A stretch of DNA of 64,000 bases, from positions 4,060 through 68,059 of the forward strand of contig CAJWTS010000013.1 in NCBI GenBank assembly GCA_913047795.1, written 5' to 3'. This stretch comes from an uncultured Verrucomicrobiota bacterium (lineage in GTDB: Bacteria > Verrucomicrobiota > Kiritimatiellia > CAJWTS01). The notes under the pieces were generated by a model that saw only the letters and a program-made list of their open reading frames with translations, was not told the DNA's origin and made no database searches. Positions 32,003 to 41,056 of the stretch are shown in pieces (the first letter of the stretch is position 1; each line of letters opens with the position of its first letter). The position numbers and the translations under genes were made by a program.

Positions 32003-32180
32003 CCCGCTGGTCCCCGGCCAGCACCAGGCCGGTGCTGCCGATGAACAGGGCAAGATACCGGGACCAGAGCACCTCGTAGATCAAGCCCGCCACGCCAGAA
32101 AGGAAAAAGCAAACGTACAGGGTAAAGAGAGTACCCCGTCCATCCCCATTCTTTCGTGCCTGGTCGTTGTCGGTATCCAT
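31999..32180 (-). pseudogene. N-terminal stub of a fused MFS/spermidine-synthase-like membrane protein
   Basis: FFLSGVAGLIYEVLWSRYLALFIGST...VLA, then it runs into the antisense strand of the neighbouring gene. Confidence 0.65.
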
Positions 32181-32291
32181 GCCGGGTATCCAACATCGTC
32201 CGAGACCAGCAACACCAACCACGGCCGGCGCGCGTCATCCCGATTTTTCATCGACACCTTTGAACGCCTTTCTCTATCGTATGGTGTACGC

Positions 32292-32987
32292 ATGATCTCG
32301 AAAAAGAAAGTACTGCTGGGAGGACTGTGGATCGCCGCGCTCGGCATTGGCGTAAGCCTCTGGCTTCGCACCGGGCTTGCTCCGCAGGAAGTGCCGGAGA
32401 AGTTTCAGCAGTGGCTGCGGGACTTCGGTATCGTGCGTGCGGGCCTGATCTACGTGCTGCTGTTCATCATTCGATCGATCACGTTCTTTCCCGCGTCGCT
32501 GTTTCTGCTTGTCGCGGGTGTGAGCTTTGGACCCTGGCTAGGTGTACTGATTACGAACGTCGGAGAAATGGCCAGCGCCGTGACGGCCTTTCTCGTCGCG
32601 CGTTACTTCGGTCGCGAATGGGTGCGCTCCAGGGCCCGCGGTGTGATCGAACGCTGGGACGCCAAAATCCGAAGCAACGGCGTCATGACCGTCATGATCA
32701 TGCGCCTGATTTTACTTCCGTTCGACGTCGTAAACTACGGGTGCGGGGTCACGGCCGTCCGGTTGCGTGACTATGCAATCGGTTCTTTCCTCGGCCTTCA
32801 GCCGGCGCTTATCGCCTTCGTATTGCTGGGTGCGACCGGGTCCGCGGACGCGGCCGGGAGCGTGGATGTCTTGGGGCACAGCATCTCGGCGCGACTACTA
32901 ATCCTGCTGCTCGCCGGCGTATTCCTGATGATCAGCATTGGCGTGGCTCACGTGCTGAAGCAGCGCGAGGCCGCGCGCGGAGCTTAA
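32292..32987 (+). CDS. TVP38/TMEM64 (DedA superfamily) membrane protein
   Basis: FPAS...G...FGPWLG, RYFGR, RLILLPFDVVNYGCG. Confidence 0.85.
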   Translation: MISKKKVLLGGLWIAALGIGVSLWLRTGLAPQEVPEKFQQWLRDFGIVRAGLIYVLLFIIRSITFFPASLFLLVAGVSFGPWLGVLITNVGEMASAVTAFLVARYFGREWVRSRARGVIERWDAKIRSNGVMTVMIMRLILLPFDVVNYGCGVTAVRLRDYAIGSFLGLQPALIAFVLLGATGSADAAGSVDVLGHSISARLLILLLAGVFLMISIGVAHVLKQREAARGA

Positions 32988-33718
32988 GCCGGCCCGAGAT
33001 CGAATCGGGTGGGGGTCGCCGCCTGGCCGAGGAAGGTCAGCCGGTCACTCATGTCGTTGAGCGCCACGCGAATGTGGCGAAACCGGGCGGAGATATTACG
33101 GAAGACGTCCGCCAGGTCGTAATGCCCCGCGAGTTGATGATCGCTGGCGATGCTATAATTCGCGCTACCCAACTCCTCGAAGTAGGCGACCCCGGGAGCG
33201 GCACGCCGTTGGACACGACTCAGGATTCGGTCGACGAACATACCGGAGAGGAATAACGCGTAGTTCCCGGCATGGGCTTGAAGCGAGAAGCGTCTGGGCC
33301 CGGAGGCATGGGCCGCGGCCTGCACAATGTCCGCAAGGTACTCGAAATGGTAGGGCGCGCAGCGTGGCCAGAGGCGCCGGGTCGTCGAAAAGTCGCAGAG
33401 GATCGTCGCCACGTAATCCGTCAACTCGCGGTCGTCGACGCCGCCCTGCAGGAGCACGTGGCGCACGAGCACGTAGAAATAAAGCTCCGACGAGAGCTCG
33501 ACGCATGCCGGGTCCTCCAGGATCGCGCGATACAGATCCGGGTCGTCGAGAATCAGGTCACGTGCCTCCGGATCGGTCAAAAGCGGGGTCAGGTCCGCGG
33601 GGGTCTGGAGCGGGGCGCGGAGGGTCGTCTCGAGAAACTGAAAATCGCAATCCGTCAGACTGGTCCGACATCGCGGTCGAACCACGCGGATCTCAGGTTG
33701 TTTCGTGGCTACCGCCAT
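32984..33718 (-). CDS. Conserved hypothetical protein (PVC-type)
   Basis: LYFYVLVRHVL, DYVA, GNYALFLSGMF, RRAAPGVAYFE; has its own promoter. Confidence 0.7.
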   Translation of the reverse strand: MAVATKQPEIRVVRPRCRTSLTDCDFQFLETTLRAPLQTPADLTPLLTDPEARDLILDDPDLYRAILEDPACVELSSELYFYVLVRHVLLQGGVDDRELTDYVATILCDFSTTRRLWPRCAPYHFEYLADIVQAAAHASGPRRFSLQAHAGNYALFLSGMFVDRILSRVQRRAAPGVAYFEELGSANYSIASDHQLAGHYDLADVFRNISARFRHIRVALNDMSDRLTFLGQAATPTRFDLGPA

Positions 33719-33738
33719 ATCCCATTGACTCTGTCTTT

Positions 33739-33767
33739 AGTTTATACGATAGCGAACGCTTCTGCAA
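33739..33767 (-). promoter_or_regulatory. Putative sigma-70 promoter
   Basis: Minus strand TTGCAG-17 bp-TAAACT, about 20 bp upstream of the ATG at 33718. Confidence 0.55.
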
Positions 33768-33952
33768 ACCAGAACTCCGAACACCGGCGCGAACCGAATC
33801 CGATAAGAACAACGGATCGAACGCGGGCGGGGAACGGACATAGCTTTGATCTCGTGCCCGGGTGGCGGAACGAACCCGTTGCAATATAGGGGAATCGCGG
33901 TATGCCGACGGTCGTAGAGCGTACAATGTGCCGCGGCAGCGGCGACAGAGAC

Positions 33953-36034
33953 CTAAGGCAGGTCTTCCAGCGCGTTCAAAACGATTCCGGGCGTCAGCAG
34001 TTCCGGCAACAGGGTCGGCGCCTTGTCCGCATCACCCGAATAAAGCACGTATAGCGGAACACTGCGGCGCCCGAACGCCTCAAGGGCAGACGATATCTCC
34101 GGTTCGTGATTTGTCCAGTCCGCGATGATCAGCCGTACGCCCGCGCGGCGAAAGGCCTCTTGGACCTTGCGCGTGTTCAGCACGAACTTTTTATTGGAAA
34201 TACAGGTGCCGCACCACTTCGCGGTGAAATCCACAAACACTGGCGTTCCCTCGCGACGCAGTTCCTCAACCAGCGCCGCCGAATACGGGGTCCAAGCCGA
34301 CGGGGGCGGTCTTCGAATCGCAGTCCCAACGGCGAGCGCAACCAGGCCGACCGCCGCGAGCGTGGCCAGAAATCGAGTCCCGCGCGCACTGGAGATGTTG
34401 CCCCATCGGCCGAAGATCCAGGCTCCAAACCCCACAAGCAGCAGACCGGTAAGCAGCCGGCTCAATCCGTCCGAGCCCCTGAGCGCCGCGTAGACCCACA
34501 CAAGAAACAGGGTGAACGCGATCAGGAGAAAGCCCATAAACTGCTTCAGGCTTTCCATCCAACGCCCCGGTCTGGGCAAGGCGTTTAACCAGCCGGGAAA
34601 TCGCGATAGGACCAGATAGGGCGCCGCCATGCCCAGGCCCAGCGCGCTGAACGTCAGAAAAACGGTCGTCACCGATTGCGTCAGCGCAAATCCGATTGCC
34701 GGGGCCATGAAGGGGCCGGAACAGGGCGTAGCAACCAGCGTTGCGAGCACACCGCTCATGAAGGATCCGGCCAGCCCCTGTTTCGACTGTGCGCCGGCGC
34801 CCGCGGTCGTCAGTGTGGTGCCAAGCTCAAACACGCCGAACAGGCTCAGCCCGAGCAGGAAAAACAGGTAGGCCATGCAGACGACGAAGGCCGGCGATTT
34901 CAGCTGAAAACCCCATCCGGTGGACGGCACGGCCGTCTTGATCATCAACAGCAGCGCCGCCAGCACCCAGAACGAGATCACGACGCCGGCGGCAAAGGTT
35001 ACACCATGCCACCAAATCTTGCGCGGCTCGGCGCCGGCCTGGTTCACGAAACCCAGGATCTTCAGTGATATCACGGGAAAGACACAGGGCATCAGGTTCA
35101 GGATGAGTCCGCCGAGAAACGCGAAAAAGATACTTTTCACGACTCCAAGCTGCACGCCCGCGACAGGCCGTGCCACAGGGGAGGCATCCGTACCCACGGG
35201 TTCCGTGAGTGCGACATCAATTGTCATCGCCGTCGATGTGTCGGAGTCGCGCCACGTTCGATCGGCCACGATGACGCCGGCCAGACGGGTAACGTCCTCT
35301 TCCGGCGTTGCGTAACGGGGTATGCGGATTCGGTACACGCCGTCAGCAACCACCAGCGTCGGCGCGCGTTCGGTATCGACCACCTCGCGCTTCAATGGGT
35401 AGAAAGCAACGGAAGTCGGGTCTGCCGCGACGGCGCCTTCCGGCGGCACCATGGTCAGCAGATACGCGTCTGGACCCGCTTCCGCACGCAGCGTCCAGTC
35501 GTCCGCGGACTGCGGCATGCGGGACAGCAAGGGCACAACGCTGCCCAGCCAGCCTTCTCCCGGAACGGAACGATCGGCAGCAATGGGAACGACCAGGCTG
35601 ACCTCTGCGTCTCCGGGTACACAGAGCCCGTCCGCCTTACAGGCCAGCCAGCTCAGGCGGGCGATGATCTTGAGCGGACTTGCAGCATCCGCCGGCGTGG
35701 TTATCGTGGTGAGCAAGACGGTCTCGCCCTCGTAACCGTAATTGACAAGGTCGCCCGTTTCGAACCGCTGCGGCACCGGCCAGGCCAGCTCGCCGGCGTG
35801 AACGCCGCGCGGCAAGATCCATTCAACCTGTGTTGCCAGCCCCGCGAGATCGCCCGGGTTCTCCCAGTAGGTATGCCAATGCGGGTCCATCTTGAGATGG
35901 ATGGCAACGCGAAAGGATTGCCCCGGCACGGCAGCGTCTGCCTCCGCGATCAACCTGGCTTCGACGTGGGCCGACGTAGCGGTCGCGCCAAGAATGAGTC
36001 CGAGGAGAATGATGTATAGACAGGAATTCTTCAT
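33953..36034 (-). CDS. dsbD: Protein-disulfide reductase DsbD family
   Basis: WHTYWENPG, LNLMPCVFP, ATPCSGP, FTAKWCGTC. Confidence 0.88.
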   Translation of the reverse strand: MKNSCLYIILLGLILGATATSAHVEARLIAEADAAVPGQSFRVAIHLKMDPHWHTYWENPGDLAGLATQVEWILPRGVHAGELAWPVPQRFETGDLVNYGYEGETVLLTTITTPADAASPLKIIARLSWLACKADGLCVPGDAEVSLVVPIAADRSVPGEGWLGSVVPLLSRMPQSADDWTLRAEAGPDAYLLTMVPPEGAVAADPTSVAFYPLKREVVDTERAPTLVVADGVYRIRIPRYATPEEDVTRLAGVIVADRTWRDSDTSTAMTIDVALTEPVGTDASPVARPVAGVQLGVVKSIFFAFLGGLILNLMPCVFPVISLKILGFVNQAGAEPRKIWWHGVTFAAGVVISFWVLAALLLMIKTAVPSTGWGFQLKSPAFVVCMAYLFFLLGLSLFGVFELGTTLTTAGAGAQSKQGLAGSFMSGVLATLVATPCSGPFMAPAIGFALTQSVTTVFLTFSALGLGMAAPYLVLSRFPGWLNALPRPGRWMESLKQFMGFLLIAFTLFLVWVYAALRGSDGLSRLLTGLLLVGFGAWIFGRWGNISSARGTRFLATLAAVGLVALAVGTAIRRPPPSAWTPYSAALVEELRREGTPVFVDFTAKWCGTCISNKKFVLNTRKVQEAFRRAGVRLIIADWTNHEPEISSALEAFGRRSVPLYVLYSGDADKAPTLLPELLTPGIVLNALEDLP

Positions 36035-36156
36035 GAACGGCCGCCCGTTTTCATCAACGGGCCGATTTTATGCTTGCGCGTTTAACATGACAATTCTCAT
36101 GATCAGAAACAGACTATCACAAATACATCCATTGAACACAGGCACCCGGAGGTTTC

Positions 36157-36540
36157 GTGCGGCTACTTCACACAATGATTCGCGTCGTTAATCTCGATCG
36201 ATCGATCGCTTTCTATACCGAAATTCTCGGCATGGCGCTTCTGCGCCGCAAGGACTACCCCGACGGCAAGTTTACGCTCGCTTTCCTTGGCTACGGAGAC
36301 GAAGCCGATCAGACCGTTCTGGAGTTGACACACAACTGGGAGGCCGACGGTTATACGCATGGCAACGCTTTCGGTCATATCGCGATCGAAGTTGACGACG
36401 TGTACGAGGCCTGCAAGGAAGTCAAACGTCGTGGTGGCAACGTGGTGCGCGAGGCCGGACCTATGAAACACGGAACGACCTCGCTCGCATTCGTAGAGGA
36501 TCCCGACGGATACAAAATCGAGTTGCTGGGTGAAAAATGA
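36157..36540 (+). CDS. gloA: Lactoylglutathione lyase (glyoxalase I)
   Basis: [27 protein letters not shown]. Confidence 0.93.
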   Translation: MRLLHTMIRVVNLDRSIAFYTEILGMALLRRKDYPDGKFTLAFLGYGDEADQTVLELTHNWEADGYTHGNAFGHIAIEVDDVYEACKEVKRRGGNVVREAGPMKHGTTSLAFVEDPDGYKIELLGEK

Positions 36541-36602
36541 GCCTGGGCCCCGCGATTTAACGTGCACGAACACGCAACCATGTCACACTAGCGAGACCGA
36601 AT

Positions 36603-36980
36603 ATGCAGGAACTGAAACTATTTTCTCCGGTCGAGGCAAACCGGACGCTTCCGCTCGTGAAACGGATCGTGACCGATATCCTTTCCGCCGGGCAAGCCCT
36701 GCACGGACTGCAAACGGCCACGGCGGACGATGAGCCGGACGACGAGGTCCAGGCACTGGTGAACCAGCTCCACGAACTATCCGGCGAACTCGAGCAGATC
36801 GGATGTTCGTTCAAGGATTGGAACTTCAGCGAGGGGTTGGTCGATTTTCCCTCCGTGATCGACGGCGAGGAAGTCATGCTCTGCTGGCGCAGCGATGAAC
36901 CGGAACTTCGCTACTATCACAGCATGGCGGATGGCTATGCCGGGCGAAAGCTCATTCCCCAAGAACTTCTGAACGAGTAG
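36603..36980 (+). CDS. DUF2203 family protein
   Basis: EANRTLP, KD...GLVDFP, LCWRSDE, GYAGRK. Confidence 0.85.
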   Translation: MQELKLFSPVEANRTLPLVKRIVTDILSAGQALHGLQTATADDEPDDEVQALVNQLHELSGELEQIGCSFKDWNFSEGLVDFPSVIDGEEVMLCWRSDEPELRYYHSMADGYAGRKLIPQELLNE

Positions 36981-37055
36981 TGTTGCGTTTTCTCCGGACC
37001 CTCTCCGGTATCGGATCCGGTTCCCTGAAATCGCTGACGTGTGAAGCAACCAGTC

Positions 37056-38117
37056 ATGAGCACCACAAACAAGCAACGGCCCTTGCGCATCGTCAATTCG
37101 GTCGCACCGATTCGGATCTGCGACAACGGCGGCTGGACGGATACCTGGTTCGCCGAACACGGTAAGATCTTCAACATTGCGGTCTATCCCTACGCGGAGG
37201 CGCAGATCGAGGTTTACCCGATCGATGCGATGGAGGATCGCATCGTGATCTACGCTGAGAATTTCGGCGAGCGGTACGTGGCCCATTCGGATGGGCAAGG
37301 GTACGATCGCCATCCGCTGCTGGAAGCGGCCATCCAGCACATGAACCTGCCGGACGACCTTGCCTTCCAGGTCACGATCTATTCCGATGCCCCTGTCGGT
37401 GCCTCCACGGGCACTTCGGCCGCGGTATCCGTCGCGCTGATCGGTGCGCTCGACCGCCTGACCCCGGGGCGTATGAGCCCGCACGAAGTGGCGTATACGG
37501 CGCAACGCATTGAAACCGAGATGCTCGGCCAGCAATGCGGCATCCAGGACCAGTTGAGTTCGGCCTTCGGAGGCATCAACTACATCGAAATGTTCGGCTA
37601 CCCACACGCCACCGTCTCTCAGATTTTCATTCCCGATCGAATCTGGTGGGAGCTCGAGCGGCGATTGATCCTGATCTACCTGGGAAAATCACATAGCTCA
37701 TCCGATGTGCACCGGCGGGTGATCGCCGACCTCGAAAACGAAGGGCCCGATAGCGTCAAAATGAACGACTTGCGCAAGACAGCCGAAGTATCGCGCGACG
37801 CTGTATATGCGGGGGACTTCAACGCATTCGGCCGGGCCATGACCGATAACACCGAAGCGCAGGGCCGGCTGCACGCCGACCTGATCAGCGACGACGCAGA
37901 ACGCATCTTCGAAATTGCACGTGAATATGGTGCGCTGGGATGGAAGCTCAACGGCGCGGGTGGCGAAGGGGGATCCGTTACGTTGCTCAGCGACTCGATT
38001 TCACATCATCGTCGCGCGATGCGACGCGCAATCGAAGAAGCCAACCCGCTGTACCGCGACATTCCTATCCACCTGAGCCGATTCGGTCTTCGGACGTGGG
38101 AGACGGTGTCGGGCTGA
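37056..38117 (+). CDS. GHMP kinase (HddA/heptose-7-phosphate kinase-like)
   Basis: APIRICDNGGWTD, PVGASTGTSAA, GIQDQ, KLNGAGGEG. Confidence 0.8.
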   Translation: MSTTNKQRPLRIVNSVAPIRICDNGGWTDTWFAEHGKIFNIAVYPYAEAQIEVYPIDAMEDRIVIYAENFGERYVAHSDGQGYDRHPLLEAAIQHMNLPDDLAFQVTIYSDAPVGASTGTSAAVSVALIGALDRLTPGRMSPHEVAYTAQRIETEMLGQQCGIQDQLSSAFGGINYIEMFGYPHATVSQIFIPDRIWWELERRLILIYLGKSHSSSDVHRRVIADLENEGPDSVKMNDLRKTAEVSRDAVYAGDFNAFGRAMTDNTEAQGRLHADLISDDAERIFEIAREYGALGWKLNGAGGEGGSVTLLSDSISHHRRAMRRAIEEANPLYRDIPIHLSRFGLRTWETVSG

Positions 38118-39108
38118 TGCATAACTCAAAGAGTGCCTGGCGTAAGTGGTCGAGCCCCTCGCCGGTCGTTGCGGAAATCGGAATTGGTTCCGTGCCGGAC
38201 GCGTTCCGTAGACTATCGAGGTTCTCGCGAGTGCCCGGCAAATCCATCTTATTGGCTACGACGAGGAAGGGTCGCTGCTGCAGATCCTCGCGATACTGGC
38301 CCAATTCCTCGATCAGGCTTCGGTAGTCATCCACGGGTTCGCGGCCATCCAATCCGCTCATATCGATCACGTATAGAAGGTAGCGCGCGCGCTCGATATG
38401 GCGCAGAAACTGATGTCCAAGCCCGACCCCTACGTGTGCCCCACTGATCAGGCCGGGAATATCAGCAACGCGGATTCTCGAATAATCTTCGAAAATGACG
38501 GTGCCAAGGATCGGATTCAGGGTGGTGAACGGATAGGAGGCGACCTTGGGGTGCGCGTCCGAGATCTGCCGGATCAATGAAGATTTGCCTGCATTGGGAA
38601 AGCCAACGAGCCCCACGTCCGAGACGATCTTGTAGACCAGTCGCAGCTTGTGCTCTTCGCCAGGTTCCCCGTCCGTGTGTTCGCGTGGCGCCCGGTGACT
38701 ATTGGTCAGCCAGTGGCAATTGCCCAATCCGCCCTTGCCGCCGCGGGCACCCATCAGCTCCGCGTCGTGATCGACCAGGTCGCCCAGGATTTCCGAGCTC
38801 TCCGCGTCCCAGACCTCCGTGCCGCAGGGCACGATGACGGTTTTGTCGGCGCCGCCCGCACCCAGGAGTTTCTTGCCCTTGCCGTGCGTGCCGCGGGTGC
38901 CGCGTTGGTGCGGGTTGTAGTAGAGCTTGACCAGAGACTGTTCGTCGTGATCCGCCCTCAGAATGACGTCGCCGCCCTGTCCGCCGTCACCGCCGTCGGG
39001 ACCGCCCTTGGGAACGAACTTCTCGCGGCGAAAGCTGACGCAGCCGTCGCCACCACCACCACCTTGCACGTAGAGCGTGACGGCGTCCGCAAATGCGAGT
39101 TGCTTCAC
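38065..39108 (-). CDS. obgE: GTPase Obg
   Basis: FRREKFVPKGGPDGGDGG, GFPNAGKSS, YPFTT, DIPG, NKMD. GTG start at 39108. Confidence 0.95.
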   Translation of the reverse strand: MKQLAFADAVTLYVQGGGGGDGCVSFRREKFVPKGGPDGGDGGQGGDVILRADHDEQSLVKLYYNPHQRGTRGTHGKGKKLLGAGGADKTVIVPCGTEVWDAESSEILGDLVDHDAELMGARGGKGGLGNCHWLTNSHRAPREHTDGEPGEEHKLRLVYKIVSDVGLVGFPNAGKSSLIRQISDAHPKVASYPFTTLNPILGTVIFEDYSRIRVADIPGLISGAHVGVGLGHQFLRHIERARYLLYVIDMSGLDGREPVDDYRSLIEELGQYREDLQQRPFLVVANKMDLPGTRENLDSLRNASGTEPIPISATTGEGLDHLRQALFELCISPTPSPTSEDRIGSGG

Positions 39109-39115
39109 GCGCGGA

Positions 39116-39376
39116 TCAAGCGGCCGCGACAGATACCTCGTCCACGCGCACGCGTTTGCCGTGCTTCTCGAAGACGACGGTTCCCGTCTTGACCGCGAAG
39201 AGGGTATCGTCGCCGCCGCGCCGAACATTGCGACCCGGAAGGACTTTGGTGCCGCGCTGGCGAATCAGAATGCTGCCGGCGGAAACCAATTGACCGTGAT
39301 GACGCTTAACGCCGAGGCGTTTGGACGCGCTTTCGCGACCATTCTTTGCTGCACCTGCACTCTTTTTATGTGCCAT
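39116..39376 (-). CDS. rpmA: 50S ribosomal protein L27
   Basis: MAHKK, KRLGVK, RQRGT. Confidence 0.97.
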   Translation of the reverse strand: MAHKKSAGAAKNGRESASKRLGVKRHHGQLVSAGSILIRQRGTKVLPGRNVRRGGDDTLFAVKTGTVVFEKHGKRVRVDEVSVAAA

Positions 39377-39396
39377 GAGTCGTACCCCCGGTGACG

Positions 39397-39711
39397 TTAA
39401 CTGACGCTCTCCACGCGCAGGACGGTTAGTTCCTGCCGATGGCCCACTTTGCGCGAATAGCCCTTGCGACGTTTCTTCTTAAACGCCACCACTTTCGGCC
39501 CGCGCTTGTGTTCCACGATGGTTGCCGAAATCTTCGCGCCGTCGATGACGGGTGTGCCGATGTTTAGTTCGTTTCCGTCAGACACCGCCAATACGCGATC
39601 CAAATCGATCTGCTTGCCGACATCGGCCTCCAATCGCTCAACCTGGAAAACGTCCCCAGCCTGTACGCGATATTGTTTGCCGCCTGTTTCTACTACTGCG
39701 TAAGCTTCCAC
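39397..39711 (-). CDS. rplU: 50S ribosomal protein L21
   Basis: [28 protein letters not shown] start. Confidence 0.95.
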   Translation of the reverse strand: MEAYAVVETGGKQYRVQAGDVFQVERLEADVGKQIDLDRVLAVSDGNELNIGTPVIDGAKISATIVEHKRGPKVVAFKKKRRKGYSRKVGHRQELTVLRVESVS

Positions 39712-39773
39712 GGATTTTATCCCCCAATCAAAGGTCTTTGCCCGGATACGTTTCTCGTCCCGAAGCGGCGAGG

Positions 39774-39802
39774 ACAATATGGAAGACCGCATGCCCTGTC
39801 AA
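39774..39802 (-). promoter_or_regulatory. Sigma-70 promoter of rplU-rpmA-obgE
   Basis: Minus strand TTGACA-17 bp-TATTGT. Confidence 0.8.
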
Positions 39803-39830
39803 CCCCGATTTAGGTTGTGGCGGACCCACC

Positions 39831-40289
39831 TCAGGGACGTTCGGGGCCCGCTTCGGCCGCAACCCGCTGGGTTTCGCCGGTTTCGGCCGCGGGCGCAGAC
39901 GGAACCTGCTCCCCAACCCAGATCTCGACGCCCGACGTATCCACTTCGCCGGGCTCGGAACGGCTGACTTCCAGTACGGCCCATGCACAGATGAGCACAA
40001 TGGCTGCGGCGATCAGCGAAATCGCGACATGATGGGTCTCCAGCCAGTGCAGAACAGGATGCGCATAGGAGCGGGTGATACGTTTGCGATGATCGACCGA
40101 GAGTCTTGTCGGGGCGACCCGTTCGGGGTCTGCGCGGCGCAGGACGTCCATCGTCTGCGCGAGTTCGTCAGCGACCCGTGAGCATTCCTTACACCCGGTC
40201 AGGTGCACGCGAATCCCCTCGGAAACGTACGTACCCAATTCGCGCGACATGTAGTCCGTCAACCGATCCTGTACATCTTTGCATTTCAT
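39831..40289 (-). CDS. Zinc-finger (zf-HC2) anti-sigma factor
   Basis: N-terminal C...HLTGCKEC plus a single TM helix; overlaps the sigma gene by 4 bp. Confidence 0.85.
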   Translation of the reverse strand: MKCKDVQDRLTDYMSRELGTYVSEGIRVHLTGCKECSRVADELAQTMDVLRRADPERVAPTRLSVDHRKRITRSYAHPVLHWLETHHVAISLIAAAIVLICAWAVLEVSRSEPGEVDTSGVEIWVGEQVPSAPAAETGETQRVAAEAGPERP

Positions 40290-40840
40290 GGTCGTTGCAG
40301 ATCCCGCGCAGCCTGCGCCATTTTCTTCATTGCGTGATGCAATATGTACCCCACGTTGCCTTGGCCTAATCCCGTGATCGCGCTCAACTCCCGGTAGGAT
40401 TTCTCTTCATACACCTTCAAGACTACAAGTTGCTGCTCACGAAGACTCAGCACGCCGAGCAGGGATTCCGCCAGTTCCAATGCCTCGCTCCGCTCGCGAA
40501 TTTCGGGCATCGCGAGCGTTTCACCCGTCTTCACTTCTTCAGAATGGCGCACATGAAGGTCCCGCTTGCGGCTCTCTTTCCTTATGTAGTCGACGGATCC
40601 GTTATGCGCCACACGGTACAACCAGGTCGACATCTGCGGCGATGGCTCAAGCGCATCCTTCCATCTCTTAAGTAGTTTAATCAGCGTATTCTGAACCACA
40701 TCCTGTGCGGCATCCGCATCGCGTAGAATGCGTGTTACATATCTCAAGAGTGGCCCTTCGTAACGTGACACAAGGGCTTCAAAGTCTTCGTTATTCGGCT
40801 CGGTGCGCGAGGGTCGCGTTGGCTGTTTTTCATTGGTCAT
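40286..40840 (-). CDS. ECF RNA polymerase sigma factor
   Basis: AQDVVQ, TWLYRVAHN, KSYRELS region 4. Confidence 0.9.
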   Translation of the reverse strand: MTNEKQPTRPSRTEPNNEDFEALVSRYEGPLLRYVTRILRDADAAQDVVQNTLIKLLKRWKDALEPSPQMSTWLYRVAHNGSVDYIRKESRKRDLHVRHSEEVKTGETLAMPEIRERSEALELAESLLGVLSLREQQLVVLKVYEEKSYRELSAITGLGQGNVGYILHHAMKKMAQAARDLQRP

Positions 40841-40960
40841 GGGGAGAAACTCGCATAACGCAGCTTCAATGTGACAACGCCGCAGGGCAAGAAAATCTTA
40901 GCCTGCCGAATTCCGGCCGGTGGACGCAAAATGGGGCCGAAATAGTGCCGTCCAAAGCCA

Positions 40961-40989
40961 TTGACAAAGGAAATGCGCTTCTCTAGAGT
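40961..40989 (+). promoter_or_regulatory. Sigma-70 promoter of hppA
   Basis: TTGACA-17 bp-TAGAGT. Confidence 0.7.
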
Positions 40990-41056
40990 ACGCCGCTTAT
41001 CTTCAAAACCAACGGTTTTGGAATCAACCACATCAGGTAATAAGGATAGGCCTACC

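Noticed and set aside
38065-38117. Convergent 3' overlaps (GHMP kinase/obgE; also bioB/uxs at 11497-11533)
   Set aside because: Short tail-to-tail overlaps are common in compact GC-rich genomes.
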